Below, piece after piece: positions 20,836 through 31,231 of a stretch of DNA of 64,000 bases. Below the pieces are notes generated by a model. It was not told the DNA's origin and ran no database searches. It saw only the letters and a program-made list of their open reading frames with translations. The DNA comes from Candidatus Poribacteria bacterium (GTDB lineage: Bacteria > Poribacteria > WGA-4E > PCPOR2b). Where the stretch lies: NCBI GenBank assembly GCA_965208675.1, contig OZ242351.1, positions 864,001 to 928,000 of the forward strand. The letters are read 5' to 3'. The position numbers and the translations under genes are program-made. Position 1 is the first letter of the stretch; each line of letters starts with the position of its first letter.

Positions 20836-21663
20836 TCACCGCTGCTTAGGAGGCGGAAGCCGCTTCTTAACCTCACGGAAGCGAAGAGAATCTTTCCGGA
20901 GATTGGGCTTGCGCGGTTGACGAGCAATTTGGGTGCGCACATTCTGAATTCGTTCATCAGTTGGAGGATGGGTTGAAAAAAACTGTTCAAGTTGACCCGG
21001 TTGTCGCTTATGTAATTGGCGCAGCGTTTCAAAAAACGTCGCTATTCCTTCCGGATCGATGCCGGCATCGCGCATTTGACGCACAGCGTAAGCGTCAGCT
21101 TCTCTTTCGGCATCGCGGCTGTATTTCATCAGCGCCCCAGTTCTGGCGATGGTGCCCGCAAGCTTCTCCAATTCGTTTGGGTTTTTACCCAGGACTATCT
21201 GTTCCAAAGCGGCAAACCCGAGCTGTTTGGTCAACTGCTTTGCACCGTGACTACCCACAACATGGCCAATCTCGTGCCCCATCACCCCCGCTAACTCAGC
21301 CTCATTTTCAGCAGCTCGGATTAGTCCAAGGTTGACGTATACATAACCGCCGGGTAACGCAAAAGCATTTACCTCTTCGGCGTCAACTACTTTGAAATGA
21401 TAAACGATGTTTTTCCGTTTAGAGTGCCGAACGAGACGCGCACCTAGTTGCCTGATGTATTCGCTAACGACAGGGTCCCGCCTATACAGCGTAAGATCTT
21501 TTTCAATCTCTGTCGAGAAACGATTGCCAAGCTCTACCTCATCTTCATCATCGAAAATATTTACATCACTTAATACTGCGGCGCAACTCGATAATCCACC
21601 GACTAAAATCACTGCTAATATGAGATTAACAGTAATTGGAACACTTAGACATATTTTTCGCAT
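20836..21663 (-). CDS. M48 family metalloprotease lipoprotein
   Basis: NAFALPGG, HEIGH, EREAD, STHP; lipobox LSSC; likely start MRKI (track start 21696). Confidence 0.9.
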   Translation of the reverse strand: MRKICLSVPITVNLILAVILVGGLSSCAAVLSDVNIFDDEDEVELGNRFSTEIEKDLTLYRRDPVVSEYIRQLGARLVRHSKRKNIVYHFKVVDAEEVNAFALPGGYVYVNLGLIRAAENEAELAGVMGHEIGHVVGSHGAKQLTKQLGFAALEQIVLGKNPNELEKLAGTIARTGALMKYSRDAEREADAYAVRQMRDAGIDPEGIATFFETLRQLHKRQPGQLEQFFSTHPPTDERIQNVRTQIARQPRKPNLRKDSLRFREVKKRLPPPKQR

Positions 21664-21868
21664 TGGAGCGTTGAACCTATTGTAATAATAATCCACCTGG
21701 TACGAATAAACAGTGGCATCAGAGTAATTTTAAATAGATAGTTGATTACGTCAAATTCAATACATTTTGATTCATTTATAGGCGATATTATAACCGATTT
21801 TCTAAATCCTGTAAAGCGGTGCGTTTGTCTAAGCAAAAACTCCCAACAAACTAGTGAGACTATTGAAG

Positions 21869-22534
21869 TTATGGTTTCGCAGCTTTGAAATATAGGCAGT
21901 GCGCCGTAAAGGCGCACTCATGGCAGGCAGGATTTCGGGCATGGCAAATTCGGCGCCCAAATGTAATTAAGTTCATGTGAAACGACAACGACTTTCCCAC
22001 TGGGACGATTTGCGCCATGACTTCGTGAGCTTTTTCAGCCGTACAATTCGAAGGCACTAAACCGAGTCGCCGACTAATCCGCAGAACGTGTGTATCGACA
22101 GGAAAAACCTCATGTCCGCATGCGAAAGTAAGCGTGACCGAAGCAGTTTTTATGCCGATTCCTTTGTGCTGGCACAAGAATTGGATTGCCTCCGCCGTTT
22201 CCATTTCGCATATAAATTCCAAATCCAGTTCCCCATGATTTGCTTTAAGCCATGTCAGGAAATTTTTGATGGTCCGGCTTTTCTGGACATGCAGCCCTGC
22301 AATTCTAATTGTCTCCCCTATCTCCTCGACATCCGCTTTCTGTGCCTTTTCCCATGTAGGGAAACGCTCCTGGAGCGCCGTGAAACCCTTATCGCGATTG
22401 ACGTCGTTTGTGTTTTGAGACAGAACAGTGCGGATTAAGCAATCCAAGACATTCTCATCCGCTTCACGTTCAGGAATGCCGTAAAGTTCTTCTAAAGCGT
22501 CAGAAATTTTCCGCGTCTTATTTTTCAGATTCAA
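21869..22534 (-). CDS. nth: Endonuclease III-like HhH-GPD glycosylase with 4Fe-4S cluster
   Basis: LSQNT, GIGIKTA, PVDTHV-R, C-x6-C-x2-C-x5-C. Confidence 0.88.
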   Translation of the reverse strand: MNLKNKTRKISDALEELYGIPEREADENVLDCLIRTVLSQNTNDVNRDKGFTALQERFPTWEKAQKADVEEIGETIRIAGLHVQKSRTIKNFLTWLKANHGELDLEFICEMETAEAIQFLCQHKGIGIKTASVTLTFACGHEVFPVDTHVLRISRRLGLVPSNCTAEKAHEVMAQIVPVGKSLSFHMNLITFGRRICHARNPACHECAFTAHCLYFKAAKP

Positions 22535-22759
22535 ATAATCCCTCCAAACGGGGTAGTCAATTCATTGGATAAATAGAGACTAAATTGGGCAATCAATAAA
22601 GGCACAGATTCGTGCGGCGAGAAGTGGGGGCTTGCATGAGGGCATCTTGTAAAATCAATTATCTAAATTAGCGCCATGGTTCATTACTGCCCTGTCAGAA
22701 GAGTAAGGCACATGAGAACCCGAATCATGTTCTTCATTTTAGCAATCATTCGGAAAACA

Positions 22760-23518
22760 TTACCGCCTTCCTAATACCATCAACACTTCTTCCTTCGTCA
22801 TGCCTAGGAGTTCGTAAATTTGCTGATGCAACTCATCGCGTTGGCGCTCATTTTCCCGATAGAGTGCAGCTAATTGATCTCTTTCGATTATCCATTCCTG
22901 TTTTAACCTCTCACCTTCCTGGTGCATAAACTCGAGCTGTTCATCCGAAAACTCAATCTTCTCGGCTTCTCCCTCTGTCAGACCGAAGACTGAATAAGTA
23001 TTTTTCCAGTATTTTGTCAAAGCATCGTGTGCTGGCCTTTCTAAGTTTTCCAAAAATTCAAGTTCCATTGCCATGTCGTAGAGTTTGTCGTTAAGTTTCT
23101 TGTATTCGGGGGTTTTTCTGATGCGCCAATATCGCTGTTTGAGTTTTTCTTCATAACTCAACGGGGATTCATCAAGGGTATCTGTCAATGGTGTATCAGA
23201 ATTCGCATCATCCCAAGAACTTTTAACCCGCTCATTACGGTTTTCCGTCGAGTCCATGTTTTCCAGCGCAGCAATCGCTGCGTCAATATCTGCTTCACTC
23301 GGTAATTTGGAGTTTTGAACCGCTGTTTGAATCGTTGATGGTTGGGACGATTCCGAGACAACTGCACGCTTCGGTTCGGCGTGGGGCATTTCAGATTTTT
23401 CCTCAGATTCATAAACCATCCTTGTAAAAATGAGAGAAATCAGGAAAAACCCGACTCCGACGACAATTGCACTGATGACAAAGATTTTGTGAAAGTTTAA
23501 CTGATTTGAGATCTTCAT
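22760..23518 (-). CDS. Single-TM acidic helical hypothetical protein, paralogue A
   Basis: SD GGAGGA before MKISNQ at 23518; N-terminal half closely similar to 23677-24474. Confidence 0.75.
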   Translation of the reverse strand: MKISNQLNFHKIFVISAIVVGVGFFLISLIFTRMVYESEEKSEMPHAEPKRAVVSESSQPSTIQTAVQNSKLPSEADIDAAIAALENMDSTENRNERVKSSWDDANSDTPLTDTLDESPLSYEEKLKQRYWRIRKTPEYKKLNDKLYDMAMELEFLENLERPAHDALTKYWKNTYSVFGLTEGEAEKIEFSDEQLEFMHQEGERLKQEWIIERDQLAALYRENERQRDELHQQIYELLGMTKEEVLMVLGRR

Positions 23519-23676
23519 CAGATTTTCCTCCTTTTGTGTTATTAGGGCTCCAGAAATTATTTGCCACAAGAATCTTATTCCTTAAGCGGAACCCTGAGTG
23601 ATTGTATTGCCAGTACATGTTGTATTTTCATAAGTAGTGAGTCCAACCCGTGTTGCATGTGGAAACACTGCTACGG

Positions 23677-24474
23677 CTAATACCGTTTTCGGAGTCTCTC
23701 TAATTCTCCTAATTCTCTGAGTCTGTCATATTCGTCTAAAGCGATTTCAAATTCCTCATTCGTCATCCCTAACACATCCAGTCTTCGCTGATGCAATTCA
23801 GCTTGTTTACGGTTATATTCATTAACGATACTAACATTTCGTTTCATTTCGGCATCAACTTCCTGGCGAAGCCTCTTGCCTTCCGCTATGAGAATTTCGT
23901 ACTCCTCAGCCGGGAGGTCCATCCCGCTATCGTATTCATGCTGAGTATAGCCGAACATTGCGTATGGGTTTCTATCGTGTTCCTCCAAGGCATCTTGGGC
24001 CGAGGTGTCAAGAGTGTCTAAATCCAGCATAGGGAAGTAACCAAATTCGTAATTAGCCTCTTGGTATTCCGGAGTTTCTGATATGAGTAAATATCGCTGT
24101 GCGAGTTCTTCCTCATAACTCAACGGGGTTTCATCAAGGCTATCTGTGAATGGTGTCTCAGAATTTTCCTCATCCCAAGAATTTTCAACCCCCTCATCGC
24201 GGCTTTCTGCTGTGTCCATGTTTTCCAGTGCGCCAATTGCTGCCTCAATATCTGCTTTACTCGGTAATTTGAGGCTTTGAACCGTTGACTGCTCTGCCGT
24301 TTCTAAGACAATCTCGCGCTGCTTCTGTTCAGGTATCCCCGTTTCGGTTGTCTTAGTCTCAGATTTATCAATGACTCGCGTAAAAATGAGAGAAAACAGG
24401 AAAAACCCGACTCCGACGACAATTGCACTGATGACGAAGACTTTGTGAAGGTCAAATTGTTTTCCCGATTTCAT
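23677..24474 (-). CDS. Single-TM acidic helical hypothetical protein, paralogue B
   Basis: Shares FVISAIVVGVGFFL, KLPS-ADI-AAI-ALENMD, PLSYEE-L-QRY and LGMT-EE with paralogue A. Confidence 0.8.
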   Translation of the reverse strand: MKSGKQFDLHKVFVISAIVVGVGFFLFSLIFTRVIDKSETKTTETGIPEQKQREIVLETAEQSTVQSLKLPSKADIEAAIGALENMDTAESRDEGVENSWDEENSETPFTDSLDETPLSYEEELAQRYLLISETPEYQEANYEFGYFPMLDLDTLDTSAQDALEEHDRNPYAMFGYTQHEYDSGMDLPAEEYEILIAEGKRLRQEVDAEMKRNVSIVNEYNRKQAELHQRRLDVLGMTNEEFEIALDEYDRLRELGELERLRKRY

Positions 24475-24508
24475 CGGTTTTCTCCTCTCTATCTATATAT
24501 ACGGGTTT

Positions 24509-27500
24509 CTACCGGTATTCAACAATTCCATCGAGTTCCCAGATACGCATGGTTCCATCACCCGAATTCGAGAGTAATTTCGCGCCATCGCGGCTGAAGT
24601 CTAACGAACTGATCTGTCCTCGATGTTCTCTCAACCCTGCGACGCTTTGCCATGTTTGTGTCTCAATGAGTTCGACAGCGTGGTCCGTTCTGCCCACCGC
24701 CAGCAATGACGTATCCGGATTGAGGGCAACGCTGAGTGGATAAACGAACTCTGGTGTCTTCGGTAGGTAGCCGGGGAGTAGCGTTTTGTCGACGGTGCCA
24801 CTAGCGATATCAAAGACCACGAAATTCCCCGACGCAAGTCCTGCGAATAACCGCTCGCCGTCCTTACTGAACTGCAAGAACATCGGCAAATTGGGAGTAT
24901 CCTGTTGACCATCTGCTTTCGGTTGCCCCCCTCCATCAAGCAGTGGCAAATCGGAAGGCATACTCAATTTCTGGCTTAGTTTACCCGTTTGCACATCCCA
25001 TATCCAGATGGCATCAAACTTGCCGCCACAGGCAAGTCGTTTCCCGTCCGGGCTAAACGCAAGTGCCCTCACCATTGGCTCTATTCTTCCTATGAATCGA
25101 AATAATCGGTGTAATGCCGGCTTTCCATGATTGACAAGTCGATTCACTTCGGTCGCTGTCGAAATGTCCCACAAGCTTGCGGTATAGGCATGTTCGCCAA
25201 TAGCAAGTTGCTTCCCGTCCGGGCTAAATGCCAGTGCGTGAGGGTCATTACGGTCAAAGGGAATACGATGAGTTACTTCCCGCTTTGTAGCATCCCAGAT
25301 TTGAATCTCTTTATGATTGATATCCGGAACCGCGACGTGATTATTTACCGGACTGACGGCGGAAATTCGCGGATAAAAATCTTTCAAGAAAATACCCTTC
25401 TCGATGATGTCCCCTGTATTCGCCTTGAAAAGTGAAAGGCTAGTACCTGTGCTGAGGATTGTGTCATCATCATGCAAGAAATTCGCACGCCATCCTAAAG
25501 ATATGCCCGGTCTGATCGTTACCGCCCGCGACAATTTCTGCATCCCCACATCCAGCAGTTTAACCGAAGCCCCTTCATTAAAAAGCAGGTGCGTATCGTT
25601 GAGAAATTGGCTATTTGTCATACCCTCGCCCACATGAACCAGTTCGCCTGTTTGGAAATTCCACACGGCGTTTCCCAGTGCGAGGTAACGTCCGTCGGGT
25701 GAGAAAGCGATTGAGTCATCCGCAACTGTGCCACCACGCACTTTGAAGGTCTTTCTGACCTCCCAATCAGTTGTATCTACTACATCAACCCGGCGTTCTT
25801 CCCACGCTCGGAACGCGAACCATTGACCCTCCGGGCTGTATGCGGAGGTCGTCACTGCCGGAACATCATACGGAATGTCGAATTTGTGTAGAATTTCACC
25901 ATTCTGGGGATTGATGAAAAAGAATTGGTGCGGGTTCTCACCATATTTGGCTCCCGATTTAAATATCATCAGTTGCCTCCCATCTGGACTATATTCCATG
26001 GCGTGAACGGCGGGGCCTTGGGTCTCCCATTCAAATGAGCGAATCCAATCGCCTGAAATCGGATCGATGAACATAATTTCATCCAAAGCCAACGCCACAG
26101 CGACCTCCTTCATCTCTGGATGGATTGCTGTGTGGTTAATAAAATCCCACGCCGCACCCGGCTGGGAGTAGACGCTTAGCTTATCGCCTTCTTTTCGTAC
26201 GCCACAAATACGGGGGATGTCTCGATCCCAGAAGTGCCAATCAACTTGGGTTGGTACGGAAGAAGGAAAATAGATATCGTCAGACAGCCGCAAGCCGTGC
26301 TCAGCAAACACGTTTCGCATGTCATCTGAAATGATCTGATTATCTAAATCGGTTGCAAACTCCGACCCAATGTGGAACAGGAATTTCATTTTAAATGAAT
26401 GAGTCCCAACCAAAGCTTGTTTCTCAATATCCCATACCTTTAACTGTTTCGTGCCGTGCCAGACCAGAAATCGGCTATCGCGGCTGAAAGTTGGGGATTG
26501 AATGTCTCCAGCGGTATCGACAGTGATTGGTGGTTGGTTACCATCGGGCTGATGCAGCTCCAAGCCAAATGGCGTAAGGACCGTAAACCGCTTCCCATCT
26601 GGTGACGTGGCAATGTCCTGAATGCGACCGTTGCCGATGACCTGTACAGACGTCACGCTGATTATGTCGCCAACACCATTCTGTCCGCCCGGTTCTACCC
26701 GTTTGGTTGGCACACCAATCCGTTTCTTCGGCGTGTCCGCTTGTGCTACCTGAATAGCCGAGTCGGTATTGAGTAACGACACGTTGACCGCATCCTGCGA
26801 CGCGCCACCGTCTCTGCCCGTTTGAAAAAGCCCTGTGAGTCCACCTAGCAACACAACGCTCAAAGCAGCAGCGAGCGGAAGCGGCGCGAACCGATGTGCT
26901 TTTGGTACGGGGGAACTCGGCACCGACGGCTTCGAGAGCGGAGCAATTTTGTCCAAGATTGCCAAACAAAAGTTGGGTTTGGCGGGCGAGCCGAAGTATT
27001 CTTCAAATGTACTTTTTAACCGCAGACCGAGCTGCTGGCGTGCGCGAAACAGACGGACTTTAATCGCCTCACGCGATATCCCCAAGAATTCCCCAATCTC
27101 TTTGAGGGTGAATCCGCTGAAGTAGTGCATTAGAACGACCAGCCGTTGTGATTCTGGTAAGGCATCAATCTCTTTTTTGACCGTGAGTTGCGTTTCTGGA
27201 TCACTATATATCGGTGAGGTTGTAGTTACCGTTTCAGCGGCAGATTCCAACGGTTCGTGAAATTGATGCTTGCGGTGCCACATTCGGCATTCGTTGGAAG
27301 CGATCGTATATAACCAACTCCGAAAAGCGTACGGTTTTTTCAGTTGTCCAAGGTTGAGATAGGCTTTGAGCAGCACCTCTTGTGTGGTATCTTTTGCGTC
27401 CTCTTCGCTTGGTACCTGGTTCAGACAATACGCATAGACTGCCCCTTGGTAGCAGTCAACCAAGAATACGAACGCGTCTTTATCCCCATCTAACACCGCC

Positions 27501-27532
27501 TTGACTAAACCGGCATCATCATCGTAACGCAT
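24509..27532 (-). CDS. ECF sigma factor fused through a TM helix to WD40 beta-propellers
   Basis: Sigma2 (DTTQEVLLKAY...FRSWLYTIASN) and sigma4 (EIGEFLG...VRLFRAR) regions, a hydrophobic segment, then many AFSPDG/WD repeats. Confidence 0.9.
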   Translation of the reverse strand: MRYDDDAGLVKAVLDGDKDAFVFLVDCYQGAVYAYCLNQVPSEEDAKDTTQEVLLKAYLNLGQLKKPYAFRSWLYTIASNECRMWHRKHQFHEPLESAAETVTTTSPIYSDPETQLTVKKEIDALPESQRLVVLMHYFSGFTLKEIGEFLGISREAIKVRLFRARQQLGLRLKSTFEEYFGSPAKPNFCLAILDKIAPLSKPSVPSSPVPKAHRFAPLPLAAALSVVLLGGLTGLFQTGRDGGASQDAVNVSLLNTDSAIQVAQADTPKKRIGVPTKRVEPGGQNGVGDIISVTSVQVIGNGRIQDIATSPDGKRFTVLTPFGLELHQPDGNQPPITVDTAGDIQSPTFSRDSRFLVWHGTKQLKVWDIEKQALVGTHSFKMKFLFHIGSEFATDLDNQIISDDMRNVFAEHGLRLSDDIYFPSSVPTQVDWHFWDRDIPRICGVRKEGDKLSVYSQPGAAWDFINHTAIHPEMKEVAVALALDEIMFIDPISGDWIRSFEWETQGPAVHAMEYSPDGRQLMIFKSGAKYGENPHQFFFINPQNGEILHKFDIPYDVPAVTTSAYSPEGQWFAFRAWEERRVDVVDTTDWEVRKTFKVRGGTVADDSIAFSPDGRYLALGNAVWNFQTGELVHVGEGMTNSQFLNDTHLLFNEGASVKLLDVGMQKLSRAVTIRPGISLGWRANFLHDDDTILSTGTSLSLFKANTGDIIEKGIFLKDFYPRISAVSPVNNHVAVPDINHKEIQIWDATKREVTHRIPFDRNDPHALAFSPDGKQLAIGEHAYTASLWDISTATEVNRLVNHGKPALHRLFRFIGRIEPMVRALAFSPDGKRLACGGKFDAIWIWDVQTGKLSQKLSMPSDLPLLDGGGQPKADGQQDTPNLPMFLQFSKDGERLFAGLASGNFVVFDIASGTVDKTLLPGYLPKTPEFVYPLSVALNPDTSLLAVGRTDHAVELIETQTWQSVAGLREHRGQISSLDFSRDGAKLLSNSGDGTMRIWELDGIVEYR

Positions 27533-27577
27533 AATTTCCTCCTAACCTGAACCGTTCAATAGTTAAATTTCAGCAGA

Positions 27578-27607
27578 TTAGATGCGAGAATTGAGGAAAC
27601 GGTTACA
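27578..27607 (-). promoter_or_regulatory. Putative ECF-type (autoregulatory) promoter
   Basis: Minus strand TGTAACCG-17 nt-TCTAA about 45 nt upstream of the ECF gene, resembling AAC/TCT ECF promoters. Confidence 0.45.
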
Positions 27608-27773
27608 CGAAAAATAAAGCTTAGCGGGATTTCAAGTTGCCTGAAGTAATAGAGGAAATATTGGTCGGCGGCCCATTTAGAATAATTCTCTACTGAGTTT
27701 ATCGCCGCTGGCAGTCGGTTTTAAATTATTGGAATGCGTGCCGCATAGCGTGATGTCCAAACGACATATTTCA

Positions 27774-28919
27774 TTAAAACACGCGATAGTTAAGCGTCAT
27801 CAGATAGTTCTGTTCGAGCTTTGACTTCTCATACTTTTCCAGTTCTATACTCGTTGTCAAATTGATTTGGTTTTCAACAAAGAAGACAAATAGCAGTTTC
27901 AATGTATTGCTAATCTGTGTGTCATCATCTTTTGATCGTTTTTCTACATTTAACAGATGGCGCATGACGAAATCTATACGATTGGTCACTTCGTAGGAGA
28001 AATCGCTCGCTGAGATGATATTGTACGTTTTCAGAAAATTTCCTCCAACTTGGCTGTTAGCGGTAAATCGCTCGTTAAATTGGGCGCGCCAATTTATCGG
28101 CAAGGAATACCTCGCAGTGATATCCGCAGCTGGAGCGACACGTTTTTCTGAGGATTCAGATGTCAGCAATTCGAGCTTTGCCCCCAAAGTGATATCCCAA
28201 CCATAAAATCGATCAGAAATGTTTTCTCTAAATAACACCTCGTCCATTCTCAAAATTCCTACAGCGTCTATTTCCTCCCCTTTCAACATGTTAGAATGTT
28301 TGATTATTCCTGCCATATCGTCGTACCAATACCGCTTAAACGCCTCTCGATAGCGCGTTCTATACTCATCCCGCTTTTCAATAATTTGGCCCAAACTCAC
28401 CATGGTCTCAGCAGGAAGATCGTCGTGCAGTTGGTCAGAAAACAACAGGAAATCTTCAATTCGTACAGCCTTCGCTAAGGCTGTGGCATTAATAAAGCGA
28501 CCGAACCCAAAGCCAATCGTGACATCCAAAGTTGGCCGATCATATCCTTTTAGGTATGCACTATGCGGATTAACCGATGCGAAGAAATTTCGATGCGGCC
28601 AAACATATCGCCTTAACCGCCAATCCATGTCTGCATTGTAGTCGTTCGCCCGTCTCTCCTTTGACGCCGACCAAATTAGGTCAAATGAATATCCGTAAGT
28701 CAACGATTCGTAAAAGGTGTTGTAGACCGTTCCAATTCTACCGTGATTACTGGTTGTCTCCTTTCCGTCGCTCGCGTAGTTGTAGTTAAAATCAATAAGG
28801 AAACTATGTGCCGTACTCACGGGAACTTTATAGTCTTTGATTAATAAATTTTGGGAATTAACCTGATTTCCTGTGGTCAAAAAAGCTAAAATAATTAGAG
28901 TCGTCGCAATGTGTTTCAT
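27774..28919 (-). CDS. Putative outer-membrane beta-barrel protein, paralogue A
   Basis: Signal peptide, amphipathic strands, C-terminal LNYRVF beta-signal. Confidence 0.7.
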   Translation of the reverse strand: MKHIATTLIILAFLTTGNQVNSQNLLIKDYKVPVSTAHSFLIDFNYNYASDGKETTSNHGRIGTVYNTFYESLTYGYSFDLIWSASKERRANDYNADMDWRLRRYVWPHRNFFASVNPHSAYLKGYDRPTLDVTIGFGFGRFINATALAKAVRIEDFLLFSDQLHDDLPAETMVSLGQIIEKRDEYRTRYREAFKRYWYDDMAGIIKHSNMLKGEEIDAVGILRMDEVLFRENISDRFYGWDITLGAKLELLTSESSEKRVAPAADITARYSLPINWRAQFNERFTANSQVGGNFLKTYNIISASDFSYEVTNRIDFVMRHLLNVEKRSKDDDTQISNTLKLLFVFFVENQINLTTSIELEKYEKSKLEQNYLMTLNYRVF

Positions 28920-29030
28920 TTCTGATTATCCTAGTCGATACAGTGGTGGAAAAAAATAAATCCCTGAGTCAAATAGTATTGGTTTTAGCTCTTAGGTCTT
29001 CGTTGTCTCCATAACTTAATCTTCACAGTC

Positions 29031-29816
29031 CTATCGCGCATCGGTAAGAACCTCGTATTTCACGAGTGTAATGATATTTTCTCCTTTTGAGTCCTCTTGC
29101 TTAATTATTCGATACGGATGTTGCTTTTCTACCCAAAACAGGTATTTAGTCTTTATGACTTTCCCTTTGAGACCGGATACGCCTGACTCTATGAAGTAAC
29201 AGTCGAAAATACCTAACGGTGTCGTGACTTTTTGTTCGGCTTTAATTTTCGCATATACCCCTACCACGTGGTCGGTCGTGACAAGTATGAATTTTACCTT
29301 CTCCTTATTGAATGGATATCCGCGAATCACTTCTAGAATCGTATTGACATCGTAACTATCCTCTCGAATCTCCTTCACTACATTTCGCTTTGGGCCGGGG
29401 TAGATGAAACGGACGCGCTGCTCGGCGCGGTGTTTATAGTATTCGATGGAGTATTTTTGTTGTCCGGCATCGTCGCGCTGTTCGATCAAGAGTGGCCGCA
29501 AGTCATCTGCCCTGACAACCATTTTCTGGGAATCCGTCGAAATAACATATACAAACTGACCGTCGAAATTTTCGCGTGAAATTTTATGGATTGAGAAGTG
29601 GATTTTGCCCTTTTGGTTAACCTCATACGTTGATTTCTCTATGGTAGGAAATTGAGGGTCACGGAATGGCGGCAGTTTGACGCCACATAACCCAGTCGAA
29701 CTGAAAACGGTAGGCAATAATATTAACCCACTGAACACAATGTGAGAAAAGCGGAGCGTATAATGTGCAATGAAAACTCTCGAATTAGCAAATCCAAAAC
29801 ATCTTCCCATGTGCAT
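29031..29816 (-). CDS. Exported beta-rich hypothetical protein (DUF3108-like)
   Basis: Hydrophobic N-region; V-TPLG-FDCY and FWVEK-PY motifs; start uncertain. Confidence 0.55.
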   Translation of the reverse strand: MHMGRCFGFANSRVFIAHYTLRFSHIVFSGLILLPTVFSSTGLCGVKLPPFRDPQFPTIEKSTYEVNQKGKIHFSIHKISRENFDGQFVYVISTDSQKMVVRADDLRPLLIEQRDDAGQQKYSIEYYKHRAEQRVRFIYPGPKRNVVKEIREDSYDVNTILEVIRGYPFNKEKVKFILVTTDHVVGVYAKIKAEQKVTTPLGIFDCYFIESGVSGLKGKVIKTKYLFWVEKQHPYRIIKQEDSKGENIITLVKYEVLTDAR

Positions 29817-29849
29817 CTTCGCCCATTGTCCGATTCGCGTTTCAGTCTA

Positions 29850-31025
29850 CTAGAAAACGCGGTAGTTGAGTGCAATGGTAAAATTGGTAGTGATGCTTTC
29901 CTCTGGCGCCTTTTCGATCTGTTGCGTTGCCACCAAGTTTACGTAGTTCTCAATGTAATAGAGGAACGAAAGTCCGAATGAATGGCTAGCCGCTGTGTCC
30001 GCTGCTTCGGGTTTTTCTAGGCGAATCAGATGTCGAAGGCGAAGGTCGACACGGTTGGACAGTTCGTACGAAATTTCGCTCGACAGCGACGACGAGAAGG
30101 CTTTCCCCAACCCATCAAACGGTGTGTTGATGGAAATGCGCTCGCTGACCTGCCACCGCCACGTTATTGGGCGGGCATAGCTCGCACTTACATCAAGATT
30201 TATGGGTGGGCGATTTTCATCTGTAAACGGCCTCGAGATATCGAATTTGGAGCCGAGCGTTACGTCCCATCCGTAAAAGCGATCGGCGACGTGCTCACGT
30301 TCAAGGACCTCCTCAATTCGAAGAATTCCAACTGCACCTAGCGCATCTTCCTTGAGAAGACCTGACGCACGCATGACCGCTTCCATGTCGTCATACCACT
30401 CTTTTTCGTAGGTCTCGCCATATCTGTCTTCATATTCTCTTTCACGATTGATAATTTTGCTAATTTCAAGGATTGCTGCTTTCGGGAGGTGGTCTCTGAG
30501 TTCTCCCTCTCTAATGAGAAATGCCTCAATTCGAACGGCTTTTGCTAGAGCGGTTGCTTCAATTAATCGCCCATATCCTACACCAACAGTTACCGCAGAT
30601 GCGGGTTGATCGTACTCCCGGCGCAAGTTCGAATTGACACGCACCGAACCAAATAAATCTTTGAGCGACTCATGATTCTGCATAAGATACTTCTTGACAC
30701 GCGCATCGGCATCCGCATGATAATCTGTTTTATACGCCTGTTTTTCTATGTTTCTATCAACTAGCCCTGAGCCAATAATGTCAATGGAATATCCGAACGG
30801 CAAGGAATCATAAAATCTATTGTAAACACTGCCAATGCTCCCCGTGCTGGTAGTAATAGTCGAGCCGGTTGCGGCGTGGTTCATGGAGAAATCAATAAAG
30901 AGGCGATCCGCAGTGCTAACGGGCACTTGATAGTCGGAAATAGATACCTTCTGCGCGGAAACGCCGCTAACGGCAAGGGTAGAGATTGTGATTATCATTA
31001 TGCGCCAACTCAGTCCACCGAACAT
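29850..31025 (-). CDS. Putative outer-membrane beta-barrel protein, paralogue B
   Basis: Shares DY-VPVSTA, ATALAKAVRIE, WYDDM, DRFYGWD and terminal LNYRVF with paralogue A; start approximate (track start 31109). Confidence 0.7.
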   Translation of the reverse strand: MFGGLSWRIMIITISTLAVSGVSAQKVSISDYQVPVSTADRLFIDFSMNHAATGSTITTSTGSIGSVYNRFYDSLPFGYSIDIIGSGLVDRNIEKQAYKTDYHADADARVKKYLMQNHESLKDLFGSVRVNSNLRREYDQPASAVTVGVGYGRLIEATALAKAVRIEAFLIREGELRDHLPKAAILEISKIINREREYEDRYGETYEKEWYDDMEAVMRASGLLKEDALGAVGILRIEEVLEREHVADRFYGWDVTLGSKFDISRPFTDENRPPINLDVSASYARPITWRWQVSERISINTPFDGLGKAFSSSLSSEISYELSNRVDLRLRHLIRLEKPEAADTAASHSFGLSFLYYIENYVNLVATQQIEKAPEESITTNFTIALNYRVF

Positions 31026-31231
31026 ACCTCGCCCTTTGAAATAATAATGGTTTGTTACTAAGACGGTATTCAATCCAATACAAGTGGTACTACTACTACG
31101 GCAGAACATCCACGATTATTGCGATTGCGCTCGAAAGTCCGCTTCGCCGGATTGCCCGGCAAGTGTTGAAATGTGGCTTCCTAAGTTGGAAGATGCGCAT
31201 AGTCTTGATTACCGCATTATTTGTGTAGTCA

